From Thermodesulfobacteriota bacterium (GTDB lineage: Bacteria; Desulfobacterota; Desulfobaccia; Desulfobaccales; 0-14-0-80-60-11): a DNA stretch of 56,232 bases. The position numbers and the translations under genes were made by a program. The stretch lies in contig JBFLZI010000003.1 of assembly GCA_040756315.1 (NCBI GenBank), forward strand, positions 1 to 56,232, given 5' to 3'. The stretch's first letter is position 1, and each line of letters begins with the position of its first letter. Shown one piece after another: positions 1 to 9,131 of the stretch. The notes below the pieces were generated by a model that worked only from the letters and a program-made list of their open reading frames with translations, made no database searches and was not told the DNA's origin.

Positions 1-107
1 TCCCCCGCCCTCCCCTCAAACTCCCCTCCCACTCCCCTATAAGGGATTGGGGGTGGGGGTCTGGGGGAGGGGCTGATGGGCACAGTCCCTTACCCCCTCC
101 CCCCAGA
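1..107. repeat. G/C-run palindromic intergenic repeat (REP-like, GGGGGAGGG(G)C family), truncated by window edge
   Basis: C-run arm (tcccctcaaactcccctcccactcccc) is followed by a G-run arm (gggggtgggggtctgggggagggg), then ccccctcccccaga. Related GGGGGAGGGCC arms occur at ~7093, ~7376 (inverted) and ~56205. Confidence 0.55.
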
Positions 108-237
108 TATTAATTTTATTATAGCGGCCTAAGCAATGGTTATGCCATGATAAAAAGAAAAGGGATGGCCTCAAAGTCGTGCTGTTGGGCTGAGGCTGAT
201 CTTTGGGGTCCTGGAAGACCCTTTCTCAGGCAAGTTA

Positions 238-1745
238 ATGAAATCTGAACCCATACTGGTGACCGGGGCCACCGGCTACGTGGGGGGGCGCCTGGTGCCC
301 CAATTGTTGGAGGCCGGCTACCGGGTCCGGGCCTTGGGGCGGTCCGTGGCTAAATTACAAGGGCGGCCCTGGGCCAAACATCCCCGGATAGAGTTGGCCA
401 CGGGAGACGTGCTGGACGAGGCATCTTTACAAAAGGCGGCTCAAGGCTGTAGCGCCGCCTTTTATCTGGTCCACTCCATGCTGGCGGACCCCAAAGATTT
501 TAGCGCTACGGATCGGGCTGCGGCTCAGAATATGGCTCGGGCCGCGGCCGCGGCCCGACTGGACCGGATCATTTATTTAGGCGGTCTGGGGGGGTGGACG
601 ACCCGCATCTGAGCGAGCACCTCCGCTCCCGCCATGAAGTAGCCCGCATTCTTCAGTCCGGCCCGGTACCCGCCACTTTTCTTAGGGCCGCCATGATCCT
701 GGGGTCCGGCAGCGCCTCTTTTGAAATTCTGCGTTATCTGGTGGACCGCCTGCCGGTGATGCTCACCCCCAGATGGGTGCACAACCCGGTGCAGCCCATT
801 GCCATCAGTAACGTCCTCAATTATTTGCAGGGTTGTCTGGAGACGGAGGCAGTCAAAGGGGAGACCTTTGACATCGGGGGGCCGGAAGTGGTCACTTACC
901 GCCGCCTGTTTGACATCTATGCCGAAGAAGCCCGTCTGCCCCGGCGCCTCATAATCCCTGTGCCGTTTCTGACGCCCCGGCTAAGTTCCTATTGGATTCA
1001 CCTGGTCACCCCGGTGCCAGCCTCCATTGCCCGGCCCCTGGCTGAGGGGTTGCGGAACCCGGTGGTTTGCCAGGATAATCGTATCCGCGGCCTAATTCCA
1101 CAAGAACTCCTAAACTGCCGCCAAACCATCCGGCTGGCCCTGGAAAAAATCCAGCAACAACGGATTGACACCTGTTGGACCGACGCCGGGGCCGCCATTC
1201 CCCCGGAATGGGTGCATTGCCTGGACGCGGAGTATGCCGGCGGCACTATCCTGGAATGCGCCTACCGTATTATCCTGGCGGCCGCGCCGGAGGATATCTG
1301 GCCGACCCTGGCCCGGATCGGCGGCAAGAAAGGCTATTATTACGGCGACAAATTATGGCGTCTCAGAGGCTGGTTGGACCGCCTTCTGGGGGGCATCGGT
1401 TTTCGGGGAGGCCGACGTCAGGCCGCCGAGCTTTATCCGGGCGACGCCCTGGATTTTTGGCGGGTCTTGGAAGTCACTCCGCCCAAGCGCCTACAATTGC
1501 TGGCGGAAATGAAACTACCCGGAGAAGCTATCCTGGAATGGCGGCTGACGCCGCGGACCGAGGGGCAGACGGAACTGCGGCAGGTGGCCCGTTTTCTCCC
1601 CCGGGGTTTGGGAGGCCTGCTTTATTGGTACAGCCTCAAGCCGTTCCACCAGTGGATTTATACCGGCATGTTGCGAGCCATGGCGAAAGCGGTGGGAAGA
1701 CCTATAATCAGAGGGCCGGAACCAATAACGACCCAAAAGACCTAA
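238..1745 (+). pseudogene. YbjT-like NAD(P)-binding atypical SDR/epimerase with C-terminal DUF2867-like domain, split by a frameshift at a G7 run (588-594)
   Basis: ORF 238-612 has the Rossmann motif VTGATGYVGG. ORF 594-1745 continues with SEHLRSRHEV, LRAAMILGSGSASFE and GDALDFWRV...LLAEMKLPGEA. One extra G in the run joins them into a single ~500 aa protein. Confidence 0.8.
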
Positions 1746-1748
1746 GTT

Positions 1749-1790
1749 AAAAAAGTTGAGTTGGTCCAGGCATGCTGCCGCCTGACCAAC
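1749..1790 (-). terminator. Probable intrinsic terminator downstream of fliS (between convergent genes)
   Basis: Hairpin GTTGGT(C)CAGGC-loop-GCCTGACCAAC at 1760-1790, with an A-run at 1749-1754 that reads as a U-tail on the minus strand. Confidence 0.45.
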
Positions 1791-1830
1791 CCCTCAGCAC
1801 CCCCTGAGCGCCAGGTGTGGGGATTTTAGA

Positions 1831-2280
1831 TCAGACTTTCAGGGAGCCGATGAAATTTTTGGGAGGCTCGGTGGAGAGGTCCGGGTTTTCTTTGAGTTCC
1901 CCGGTCTTCTCCTTCTTGGAGACTTGCAGCCAGGCATCCCGGAGTTGGCTCAGCATGCCGATGGCCTGATCCACCGCGTCCACGTCCCAATTGAGATTGG
2001 CCCGGGTCAGGTGACCGGTCAGGAAGTTATAGAGATGAAACAGGTTGACCGCCATTTCCCGGCCCTCCTGGAAGTTCAGGGAAGCGTTAAGTTCCGCGAT
2101 GATATCCAGGGACTTGCCGATGTATAGACCTTTGCCGGGTGCATCCTTATTGGCCATTTTCTCTTTGGCCCGGTTTAAAAAGGAAATGGCCCCCTCGTAG
2201 AGCATGACCACGATTTGCAGCCGGTCGGCGGTGCTCACCTGGGTGGACATATACTGCTGATGCACAACTTGGGAATTCAT
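1831..2280 (-). CDS. fliS: Flagellin export chaperone FliS
   Basis: Y..TQVSTADRLQIVVMLYEGAI, IIAELNASLN, NLFHLY, L..LRDAW motifs; lies directly downstream of fliD; GAGGAGG SD. Confidence 0.93.
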   Translation of the reverse strand: MNSQVVHQQYMSTQVSTADRLQIVVMLYEGAISFLNRAKEKMANKDAPGKGLYIGKSLDIIAELNASLNFQEGREMAVNLFHLYNFLTGHLTRANLNWDVDAVDQAIGMLSQLRDAWLQVSKKEKTGELKENPDLSTEPPKNFIGSLKV

Positions 2281-2306
2281 GAGCCATTGACCTCCTCTGT
2301 GGCTTT

Positions 2307-2334
2307 AAATCGGCTTCATTAAAAAGTTTCGTTA
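2307..2334 (-). promoter_or_regulatory. Possible weak sigma28 promoter for fliS
   Basis: Minus strand reads TAAC-N16-GCCGATTT, versus consensus TAAA-N15-GCCGATAA. Confidence 0.4.
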
Positions 2335-2439
2335 ATGGGCTTGGATTTTTTCCCGGCAATTTCCTTAAATCCGGGTAGAACTTACCTTCTTACTGACTTA
2401 TTCCTTCGGAAAACCGCCTGACCTGAACGGATTCCCTGC

Positions 2440-4797
2440 CTAGCCGCTCGAACTGCCAGCGGTAAGTTTCAATTTGTCTAATTGGCCGATAAGATAATCA
2501 GCCTGGTCATTGAGTTCGGCCAACGTCGCCTCCAGCCGGGCAAATTGTTGGACGAGGCGGTTCTGGTATTGTTCCAGGCGTCGCTCTTCGAAGGCAATTT
2601 TGCCATCGATGCTGTCCACAATATCCTGGTAGTTGTTAATCAGGATATTGATGGGGCCGGAAGTGGTATCCAGGAGGTCGTCCAGTTTATCACTGAACTG
2701 GCCGTTTTTCCCCAACTGCAATCTGATCTGGCCGGTATGGGTGCCGTCCACTAGGTTGACGCGGACGGACAGGCCGTATTCCGGATAGCCGCTGGCGCCG
2801 GTGAGGGTGTCGCCGGAGACCGTGGCGGTATGTCCGTCAATGGTGCCCGACGTCAAGACGCCCCCCGACACCGTGGCCGAAATGGCATAAGTGCCGGCCT
2901 CGGTGACCCCGGGGACATAGCTGTAGTAAGAGATATTTCCGGTGGAATCATCGGCGATACCTTGAAAATAGTTGGACATGAGCTTCGCCACCCCTTGGGG
3001 ATCGGTAACGAAGGCCTCGGTCAGGGCCGCGTCGTCTATCAGCAACTGCCCGAAAGTATCGGAGGCCTGATCCACATCGGTGGTAATACCGATCTGGGCC
3101 AGGTTGATATAGGGGTCGCTGGTATAAGGGTCATTGGGGTTTTTGAATCCCGGGGCATTGCCGGTGCCGATGGCGTTAAGTTCGCTTTTGACGATCTGCA
3201 GGGCATAATTGCCTAAAAGAATGCCGGCCTCCCCGGTCTCCGAGTCATATTTGGTCTGATCTTTAATATAGGCAATAACGTCATTGTAAGCCGTCACCGT
3301 CTCCCCCACCTTTTCCTGCATGGTCGAGGTATCGTCACTCACCGTGATCTGCACCGGGGTGTTGCCCCCCACCGGGGTGACGTCATAGGTGAAGCTGGCC
3401 CCGTCCACCAAAGAGCCGGCGCTGAAGCGGAGTTTGGTGCCTTCCGCCACCTCCACCCAGTCGCCGTTGTAAGTGCTGTCCAGGGTAATATCGCCGGAAT
3501 TGGTGCCGTCGGTCCAGTGCAGGGTGATATCCCCGGCCGCGGGGGTGACGGAGCCGCCTTCGGTGACGGAGACCGTGAAAGTTTTACTGGAGTTCCCCGT
3601 ATAAATGCCTCCTACCGTAGGAGTGGTCGATGAGGAGTTGGACCAGGCTGAAGGCGCCTCCGGGGTGCCGGTGCCGTCTATGGCCAGGGTGAAACTGTTG
3701 CCGGCCACCAGGGTGCCGGCGCCGAAGGCCATGGTGAGAGACCCCTCCACCGTGTTGGCGCTGGTATCGGTAACACTGATCACGCCGCTGGCGCCGGTGG
3801 TGTTGTTCAGCCATTTGACGGATTGGGTGCCGGTCCCCACCGAACCCCCGGTCTCTACGGTAAAAGTATATTGATCGTTGGCAGTCCCGGTTCCTCCGGC
3901 GGTCTGGGCCGAGGTGGAGGTACTGGGCGCGCCTCCCCAGGAACTGGCCGCGGGCGGGGAAAAGGACGGGGATTTAAGGGTCAGGCTCAGACCCGTAACC
4001 ACATCGGCGACGACGTTGCTGGAGCGCTCGATCCAGGTGTCCGGGGGATAGCCGTCGACGCGGATACAGGCATTCTGGGCCGCTTGGGTGACGCTGAAGG
4101 TGGCCGTGCGGAAATCCGTAGTATTACCGGTGCCGTCCAACGTGGTGGTGGCATCGTCAATGACAATGGTATTATCCGCTCCCGAGTCGTTGCCCTGGAG
4201 GAGCAAGCGGTAACGGGTGCTGCCGGCCGCGGCCCCCAGGTCCAAGACCGAGGCGGTGACTCCGGGGTTGGCGCCGCTGTTATTGATGGCCGTAGCCAGG
4301 TCGGACAGGGTGGCCTGGTCCGGCACGGCAATGGACACCGTGGCCCCCCCGGCATAACTGAAGGCAAAGACCTTGGAAGAGCCGCTGTTATTGATCACGG
4401 TGGTGCTGGCGCTCAGGCCCCGGTGGGCCTCCATGGCGTTTTGGGCCAATTGCCCCACCAAGACCTGGTGGCTGCCGGCCGCGGCGGTGGAAGCAGCGCT
4501 GGCGGTGACCACGGTGGTGTCGCTGGAACTGGCGGTTTTGGCCTGAAACTTCGCCGCGGTGTCCATGGCCGCCACGGTGGACTTAAAGTCGGTCATTTTG
4601 GTGTTCAGGGTTTGCAAGGCGGTAATTTTTGCCGTCCATTCCGCCTTCCAGGTCTCCATGCGCTGCATCTGGACGCTTTCCGCCTCTACCAGAGCCTCAA
4701 TGATACTGGCGCTGTCAAGATCGGACCCCAGCCCGCTAAAGCTGATGGTGGGCGTGTAATATAAGGAAGTTATGCTGGAAACAGTGGCGTCAGTCAT
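2440..4797 (-). CDS. fliD: Flagellar filament cap protein FliD (HAP2), enlarged by an internal duplicated insertion
   Basis: N-terminal ISFSGLGSDLDSASIIEALV; central AQNACIRVDG and SSNVVADVVTGLSLTL; C-terminal RLVQQFARLE..LAELN.Q; located between fliC and fliS. Confidence 0.93.
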   Translation of the reverse strand: MTDATVSSITSLYYTPTISFSGLGSDLDSASIIEALVEAESVQMQRMETWKAEWTAKITALQTLNTKMTDFKSTVAAMDTAAKFQAKTASSSDTTVVTASAASTAAAGSHQVLVGQLAQNAMEAHRGLSASTTVINNSGSSKVFAFSYAGGATVSIAVPDQATLSDLATAINNSGANPGVTASVLDLGAAAGSTRYRLLLQGNDSGADNTIVIDDATTTLDGTGNTTDFRTATFSVTQAAQNACIRVDGYPPDTWIERSSNVVADVVTGLSLTLKSPSFSPPAASSWGGAPSTSTSAQTAGGTGTANDQYTFTVETGGSVGTGTQSVKWLNNTTGASGVISVTDTSANTVEGSLTMAFGAGTLVAGNSFTLAIDGTGTPEAPSAWSNSSSTTPTVGGIYTGNSSKTFTVSVTEGGSVTPAAGDITLHWTDGTNSGDITLDSTYNGDWVEVAEGTKLRFSAGSLVDGASFTYDVTPVGGNTPVQITVSDDTSTMQEKVGETVTAYNDVIAYIKDQTKYDSETGEAGILLGNYALQIVKSELNAIGTGNAPGFKNPNDPYTSDPYINLAQIGITTDVDQASDTFGQLLIDDAALTEAFVTDPQGVAKLMSNYFQGIADDSTGNISYYSYVPGVTEAGTYAISATVSGGVLTSGTIDGHTATVSGDTLTGASGYPEYGLSVRVNLVDGTHTGQIRLQLGKNGQFSDKLDDLLDTTSGPINILINNYQDIVDSIDGKIAFEERRLEQYQNRLVQQFARLEATLAELNDQADYLIGQLDKLKLTAGSSSG

Positions 4798-4840
4798 ACC
4801 TGACTCCTGAATTTTTTATGGCGCTATGGGCAGACTTGAA

Positions 4841-4856
4841 TGCAACGCTTATACCA
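4841..4856 (-). promoter_or_regulatory. sigma54 (-24/-12) promoter of fliD
   Basis: Minus strand TGGTATAAGCGTTGCA = GG-N10-GC, ~45 nt upstream of the fliD start. Confidence 0.75.
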
Positions 4857-4895
4857 GGCTGAAGATAGCGGTATCTCTGAGATTCAGGAATTGAG

Positions 4896-4942
4896 GGGAA
4901 AAGAGGGGGGCAGGGCAGGGAAGTTTTTACCTCCCTGCCCCG
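4896..4942 (-). terminator. Probable intrinsic terminator after fliC
   Basis: GGGCAGGGA...TCCCTGCCC stem just past the fliC stop, followed on the minus strand by a pyrimidine/U-rich tract (CTCTTTTCCCC). Confidence 0.55.
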
Positions 4943-4956
4943 GAAAGAAGTGTACG

Positions 4957-5844
4957 TTAACCACCGATGAGCTGCAGAGCCAGTTGGGGCAGGCTGTTGG
5001 CCTGGGCCAACATGGCTACCGCGGCCTGGGTCAGAATCTGGTTGCGCACGAATTCCGTCATCTCCGTGGCCACGTCCACGTCCGAAATACGGGATTCCGC
5101 CGCTTGCAGATTTTCCGCCTGGATGGTCAGGTTGGAGACGGTGTTGGCCAGGCGGTTGGACAGGGCGCCCAGGCTGGCCCGGATGTTGTCCTTGGTATTG
5201 ATGGCGCTGTCGATGGCCGCCAGAGAACCCTGGGCCGCAGCCTGGGTACTGATGGTCCGGCCGGCAGTGCCTACGCCGATGGAATTGCCCACGCCCAGAG
5301 CGGAAGCAGTGGAAGCATTGATGGCAATGTAGTAGTAGTCTTCCGCGGAGGCGTTGCCGGTGCCGAAGTGGATCTTCAGCCGCTGGCCGGTGGCGCCGGG
5401 AGTGCCGGCGGTGCCGGACAGGGAGCCGTCCAACAGCTTGACGCCGTTGAAGTCGGTGGCTCTGGCGATTCGGGTGATTTCCGAGGCCATGGCCTGATAC
5501 TCGCTGTCCATGATCAGGCGCTGGGCCGTGGTGTAGGTGCCGGTGGCGGCCTGTTCCGCCAGCTCTTTCATCCGGGTGAGTTTTTCGTCGATGACCGACA
5601 AGGCCCCGTCCGCGGTTTGGATGAGGGACATGGCGTCGTTGGCGTTACGCACCCCCTGGTTTAAGACCCGGATATCGGTGCGCATCGTCTCACGAATGGC
5701 CAGTCCGGCGGCGTCATCCGCCGCGGAATTAATTCGCAAACCCGAGGCCAGGCGGGAGACCGAGGTAGCCAGGCGACCGTAGGAGATGCTCAGATACCTC
5801 GATGCGCTCATCGCCATAAGGTTGTGGTTAATTACCAAACTCAT
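4957..5844 (-). CDS. fliC: Flagellin (short, ~295 aa)
   Basis: MSLVINHN start; RLASGLRINSAADDAAGLAI; C-terminal AESRISDVDVATEM...ILTQAAVAMLAQAN. ATG at 5844 has an AAGGAGG SD, so the ORF-track start at 5877 is probably too long. Confidence 0.97.
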   Translation of the reverse strand: MSLVINHNLMAMSASRYLSISYGRLATSVSRLASGLRINSAADDAAGLAIRETMRTDIRVLNQGVRNANDAMSLIQTADGALSVIDEKLTRMKELAEQAATGTYTTAQRLIMDSEYQAMASEITRIARATDFNGVKLLDGSLSGTAGTPGATGQRLKIHFGTGNASAEDYYYIAINASTASALGVGNSIGVGTAGRTISTQAAAQGSLAAIDSAINTKDNIRASLGALSNRLANTVSNLTIQAENLQAAESRISDVDVATEMTEFVRNQILTQAAVAMLAQANSLPQLALQLIGG

Positions 5845-5848
5845 AGGC

Positions 5849-5883
5849 ACATCCTCCTTGATGGATACAGACTGCATCCTTGC
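5849..5883 (-). promoter_or_regulatory. Two CsrA-type GGA hairpins in the fliC leader
   Basis: Minus strand GCA-AGGA-TGC (5883-5874) and CATC-AAGGAG-GATG, the second overlapping the SD. Confidence 0.6.
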
Positions 5884-5968
5884 TTAACTGAGACCGTCTT
5901 GCGCGGGGTTAAAAAAAATCCCACCTCCTTTTCCCGCAGATTCAAGGAATTTCCCAGTTCCGTTAAAT

Positions 5969-5995
5969 TTATCGGCACTTAATCATGAAACTTTA
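5969..5995 (-). promoter_or_regulatory. sigma28 (FliA) promoter of fliC
   Basis: Minus strand TAAAGTTT...GCCGATAA with exact TAAA-N15-GCCGATAA spacing. Confidence 0.9.
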
Positions 5996-6092
5996 ACTTT
6001 TCGTCTAATTGCTTTATTTTGGGGAAAACTTTTGCGGTGCATTTGCTTAAAAACCTTAAAAGGGTTAAAATTTTCTTTACCCCGGTTGGAAC

Positions 6093-7076
6093 ATGAAGCT
6101 CACACTCCAGCGACTCTACCAGCTCTTCTCCCACGAGGATCGCCTTCTGATCCTGATTGATGCCGACCCTGACTCCATTGCCAGCGCCCTGGCCTTAAAA
6201 CGTCTCCTATGGCGCCGGCTTTCCGGCTGCGTCATCTCCCATGTCCGGCCCATCACCCGGCCCCAGAACGAGCGCATGGTGCGTCTTCTGGGGATCCGCA
6301 GCACCCCCTTTGCGGAGGTTCACCCGGAGGACTTCAACCGCCTGGCCCTGGTGGATTCCCAACCGGGCCATCACGCGGCTTTTGCCGACCGCAGCTATGA
6401 CTTAATCATCGACCATCACCCCCGCCTTCCCGAGAGCCAGGCCCACCTGGTGGATATACGCCCGGAATACGGCGCCACCGCCAGCATTATGACCGAATAC
6501 CTGCGGGCGGCCCGGATCAAACCTTCTCTCAAGTTGGCCACGGCCTTGTATTACGGTATTAAAACCGACACCGCCAACTTTGAGCGCCCCGCCATTGAAG
6601 CGGATATGCGGGCTTTCCACTATCTCTTCAACTTCACCCGCCGGGCCCTAGTGCGCCGCCTGGAATTCGCCGAACTGACTCTGCCTATGTTGAAATATTT
6701 CCAGGAAGGGCTCCGGCGTTTTCGCCAGCGCCACCACCGGGCCTATGTCTTCCTGGGCGCGGTGCCCAACCCGGACGTGCTGGTGATCCTGGCGGATTTT
6801 TTCCTGCGCCTGGAAGAGATTCACTGGACCATCGTGGGGGGAATCTTCGAGGACAACCTGGTAGTGATCTTTCGGAATGACGGCTTGCGCAAAAACGCCG
6901 GGCGGCTGGCGGAGCTGGCCTTCGGCAAACTGGGCTCAGCCGGCGGCCATGCCGCCAGCGCCCGGGCCGAAGTTCCTCTAGCCAACCTTAAGAATCAGAT
7001 GCCCCAGAAATCAACCCAGTGGCAACTGTGGCAGGACTTCCTCATGCAACAGGTGGAACGCCGGGGGCGTCTGTGA
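6093..7076 (+). CDS. DHH family phosphoesterase (NrnA/nanoRNase-like)
   Basis: DADPDSIASA, VDSQP, IIDHH, GIKTDT and AGGH motifs. Confidence 0.88.
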   Translation: MKLTLQRLYQLFSHEDRLLILIDADPDSIASALALKRLLWRRLSGCVISHVRPITRPQNERMVRLLGIRSTPFAEVHPEDFNRLALVDSQPGHHAAFADRSYDLIIDHHPRLPESQAHLVDIRPEYGATASIMTEYLRAARIKPSLKLATALYYGIKTDTANFERPAIEADMRAFHYLFNFTRRALVRRLEFAELTLPMLKYFQEGLRRFRQRHHRAYVFLGAVPNPDVLVILADFFLRLEEIHWTIVGGIFEDNLVVIFRNDGLRKNAGRLAELAFGKLGSAGGHAASARAEVPLANLKNQMPQKSTQWQLWQDFLMQQVERRGRL

Positions 7077-7091
7077 GCTAGGGAGAAGATT

Positions 7092-7392
7092 TGGGGGGAG
7101 GGCCGGGGGGTGATCAGTGATCAGTAAGCAGTTCCTCATGGGCCTTTGGCCCACCCATAAATTATGAAAGGCGGTAGGGCGGGCGTCCCGCCCGCCATCA
7201 TCACTGTAACGATGCCCGAAGGGCGCACCCACCGGAACTGGTGCGCAGTGCGCACCCTACATTAACTTTGAACCTTGAACCTTGAACCTTGAACTTTGGA
7301 CTTTTCAGGACAGGACACTAAGCAGTCTCACCAGGTATTGTTCCCCTTTTCACTGATCACTGATTACTGATTACTGGCCCTCCCCCTCCCCT
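7092..7392. repeat. Composite nested repeat cluster: GGGAGGGCC arms, ATCAGTR heptamer arms, GTAG-type REP pair, (TTGAACC)n
   Basis: REP GTAGGGCGGGCGTCCCGCCCGCC at 7174-7196; inverted REP GGTGCGCAGTGCGCACCCTAC at 7240-7260; TTGAACC x3 plus 2 variants at 7268-7302; (YACTGAT)3 at 7351-7371, inverted relative to (ATCAGTR)2 at ~7113-7126. Confidence 0.8.
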
Positions 7393-7405
7393 AAAAAACC
7401 TGCCG

Positions 7406-8917
7406 CTATTCCCCTCCGCCTTGCCGGATGCGGTTGATGAGGCCGGTACTGGAGATGGCTTCCCGGACGGGTAGGAGGACAACCCGGCCGCCGTAGTTCT
7501 GGACGATCTCCCGACCGCTCACTGCCGCTTCCGGGTAGTTGCTGCCTTTGGTGAGAATATCCGGCTCCAGGCTTGTCAGGATCTCGGGCAACTGCTCGCT
7601 GGCGAAGGGGGTGACATAGTCCACGGCCTCCAGTGCGGCCAGCATGCGCAGGCGCTGCTTCTCTCCCATCACCGGCCGCCCTTCCCCTTTTACCCGGCGC
7701 ACCGAGTCATCGGAATCCACGGCCACCACCAGGATATCACCCAGTTGGCGGGAATCTTCGAGAAATTTGATATGGCCGATGTGGAGCAGATCAAAACAGC
7801 CGTTGGTAAAGACCACTCTCTTGCCCTGGGCTTTAAGCGCCGGGACCAGTAAAGCTAATTCCTGGAGAGAGGTGATTTTATCCTCCAGGCCACCGCCCCG
7901 TTGGCGCATCTCCCGCTCCAATTCGGCCCGGAAAATGGGCTGGGTGCCCACCTTGCCCACCACCACCCCCGCTGCCAGGTTGGCCAGGGCCGCGGCCAAC
8001 CAGGGGTCCCCCCATTGGGCCAGGCTTAAGGCCATCAGGGCCACCACCGTGTCTCCGGCGCCGGAGACGTCAAAGACCTCCCGGGCCTGGGTGGGAATAT
8101 GAACCTCGGCCCCGTCCCGGGTGATGAGGAGCATGCCTTCCGGGCCCAGGGTGATGAGGAGGGCGTCCAGGGAAAGGCTATCCCGCAAGCGGCGTCCGGC
8201 CTCCCCCAACTCTGGCCGGTCCTTTAAGGCGCGGCCCGCCACCAGTTCCATTTCCCGGCGATTGGGGGTTACCACCGTGGCCCCGGCGTAGGGGGAGTAA
8301 TCCCGCCCCTTGGGGTCCACTACCACCGGCAGCCCGGCCTGGCGGCCCAGGCGAATGATCTCCCGGACCAGTTCCGGAGTGAGGGTGCCCTTGGCGTAAT
8401 CCGAGAGCACCAGGGCCTGAAGAGAAGGCAGGCGGGACTTAATATACGGCAACGCGGTTTCGCCGAAGCCGGCAGGGGAGGGCACCGGGGTCTCCCGGTC
8501 GATGCGCACCACTTGCTGGGACTCCCCGATCACCCGGGTCTTCCGGGTGGTGCGGCGTCCCGCTTCCGAGAACAGGCCCTCCGGGTCCACCCCCAGGCGG
8601 GTCAGTTCCCGGCGCAGAACGGCGGCGGGGTGGTCATCTCCCACCAAACCCAGGACTTCACACTCGGCGCCCAGGGCCAGGAGGTTGTTCACCACATTGC
8701 CGGCGCCGCCCAGGGTCTGGGTCTCCCGGCGCACGTCCACGATGAGTACCGGAGCTTCCGGGGAGATGCGGTTCACCTGTCCCCAGATGTACTCGTCCAG
8801 CATGAAGTCTCCGGCCACCAGGACCCGCAAGGCGGAAAACCCCGCCAGGTCCAACTGCCGTAGGCGCTCCCAGGGGAGTTCCCCTGGGGGAGCTGAAGTC
8901 TTCTCTTCCGGGGACAT
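7406..8917 (-). CDS. hldE: Bifunctional D-glycero-beta-D-manno-heptose-7-phosphate kinase / heptose-1-phosphate adenylyltransferase
   Basis: RISPEAPV, GGAGNV, SDYAKG, VDPKG, DVSGAGDT (PfkB kinase), plus FTNGCFDLLHIGH (cytidylyltransferase-like domain). Confidence 0.93.
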   Translation of the reverse strand: MSPEEKTSAPPGELPWERLRQLDLAGFSALRVLVAGDFMLDEYIWGQVNRISPEAPVLIVDVRRETQTLGGAGNVVNNLLALGAECEVLGLVGDDHPAAVLRRELTRLGVDPEGLFSEAGRRTTRKTRVIGESQQVVRIDRETPVPSPAGFGETALPYIKSRLPSLQALVLSDYAKGTLTPELVREIIRLGRQAGLPVVVDPKGRDYSPYAGATVVTPNRREMELVAGRALKDRPELGEAGRRLRDSLSLDALLITLGPEGMLLITRDGAEVHIPTQAREVFDVSGAGDTVVALMALSLAQWGDPWLAAALANLAAGVVVGKVGTQPIFRAELEREMRQRGGGLEDKITSLQELALLVPALKAQGKRVVFTNGCFDLLHIGHIKFLEDSRQLGDILVVAVDSDDSVRRVKGEGRPVMGEKQRLRMLAALEAVDYVTPFASEQLPEILTSLEPDILTKGSNYPEAAVSGREIVQNYGGRVVLLPVREAISSTGLINRIRQGGGE

Positions 8918-8923
8918 GGTGGT

Positions 8924-9131
8924 TATACCTTTTTCGGTTTTCGGTTTTCAGTTAAAAGATTGTAGCTTATCAATAAGTTGCAAGCCTGATTGGTAATATT
9001 TGAAAGTGAAAATGGTATTAGTCGGTTTTATGTCAATTTTCGATTCAAATCGAGCCAATTATCGCAGTAACTCATAGATATTACGATCAATTTAACCAAT
9101 AACCGAAAACTGAAAACCGAAAACGGTATTA
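8924..9131. repeat. AT-rich MITE-like element with ATACC/GGTAT ends, inverted heptamer arms and an IHF consensus
   Basis: (TTTTCGG)2-TTTTCAG on the left, CCGAAAA-CTGAAAA-CCGAAAA on the right, TATCAATAAGTTG at 8968-8980. Segment 8924-9020 recurs inverted at ~46438-46527. Confidence 0.7.

Noticed and set aside
7170-7181. GGCGGTAG resembling an ops/JUMPstart element near LPS genes
   Set aside because: It is part of a GTAG-REP, lies downstream of and opposite to the hldE operon, and is not in a 5' leader.
7268-7371. Short tandem repeats as a possible CRISPR array
   Set aside because: The units are 7 bp with no unique spacers, and there are no cas genes in the window.
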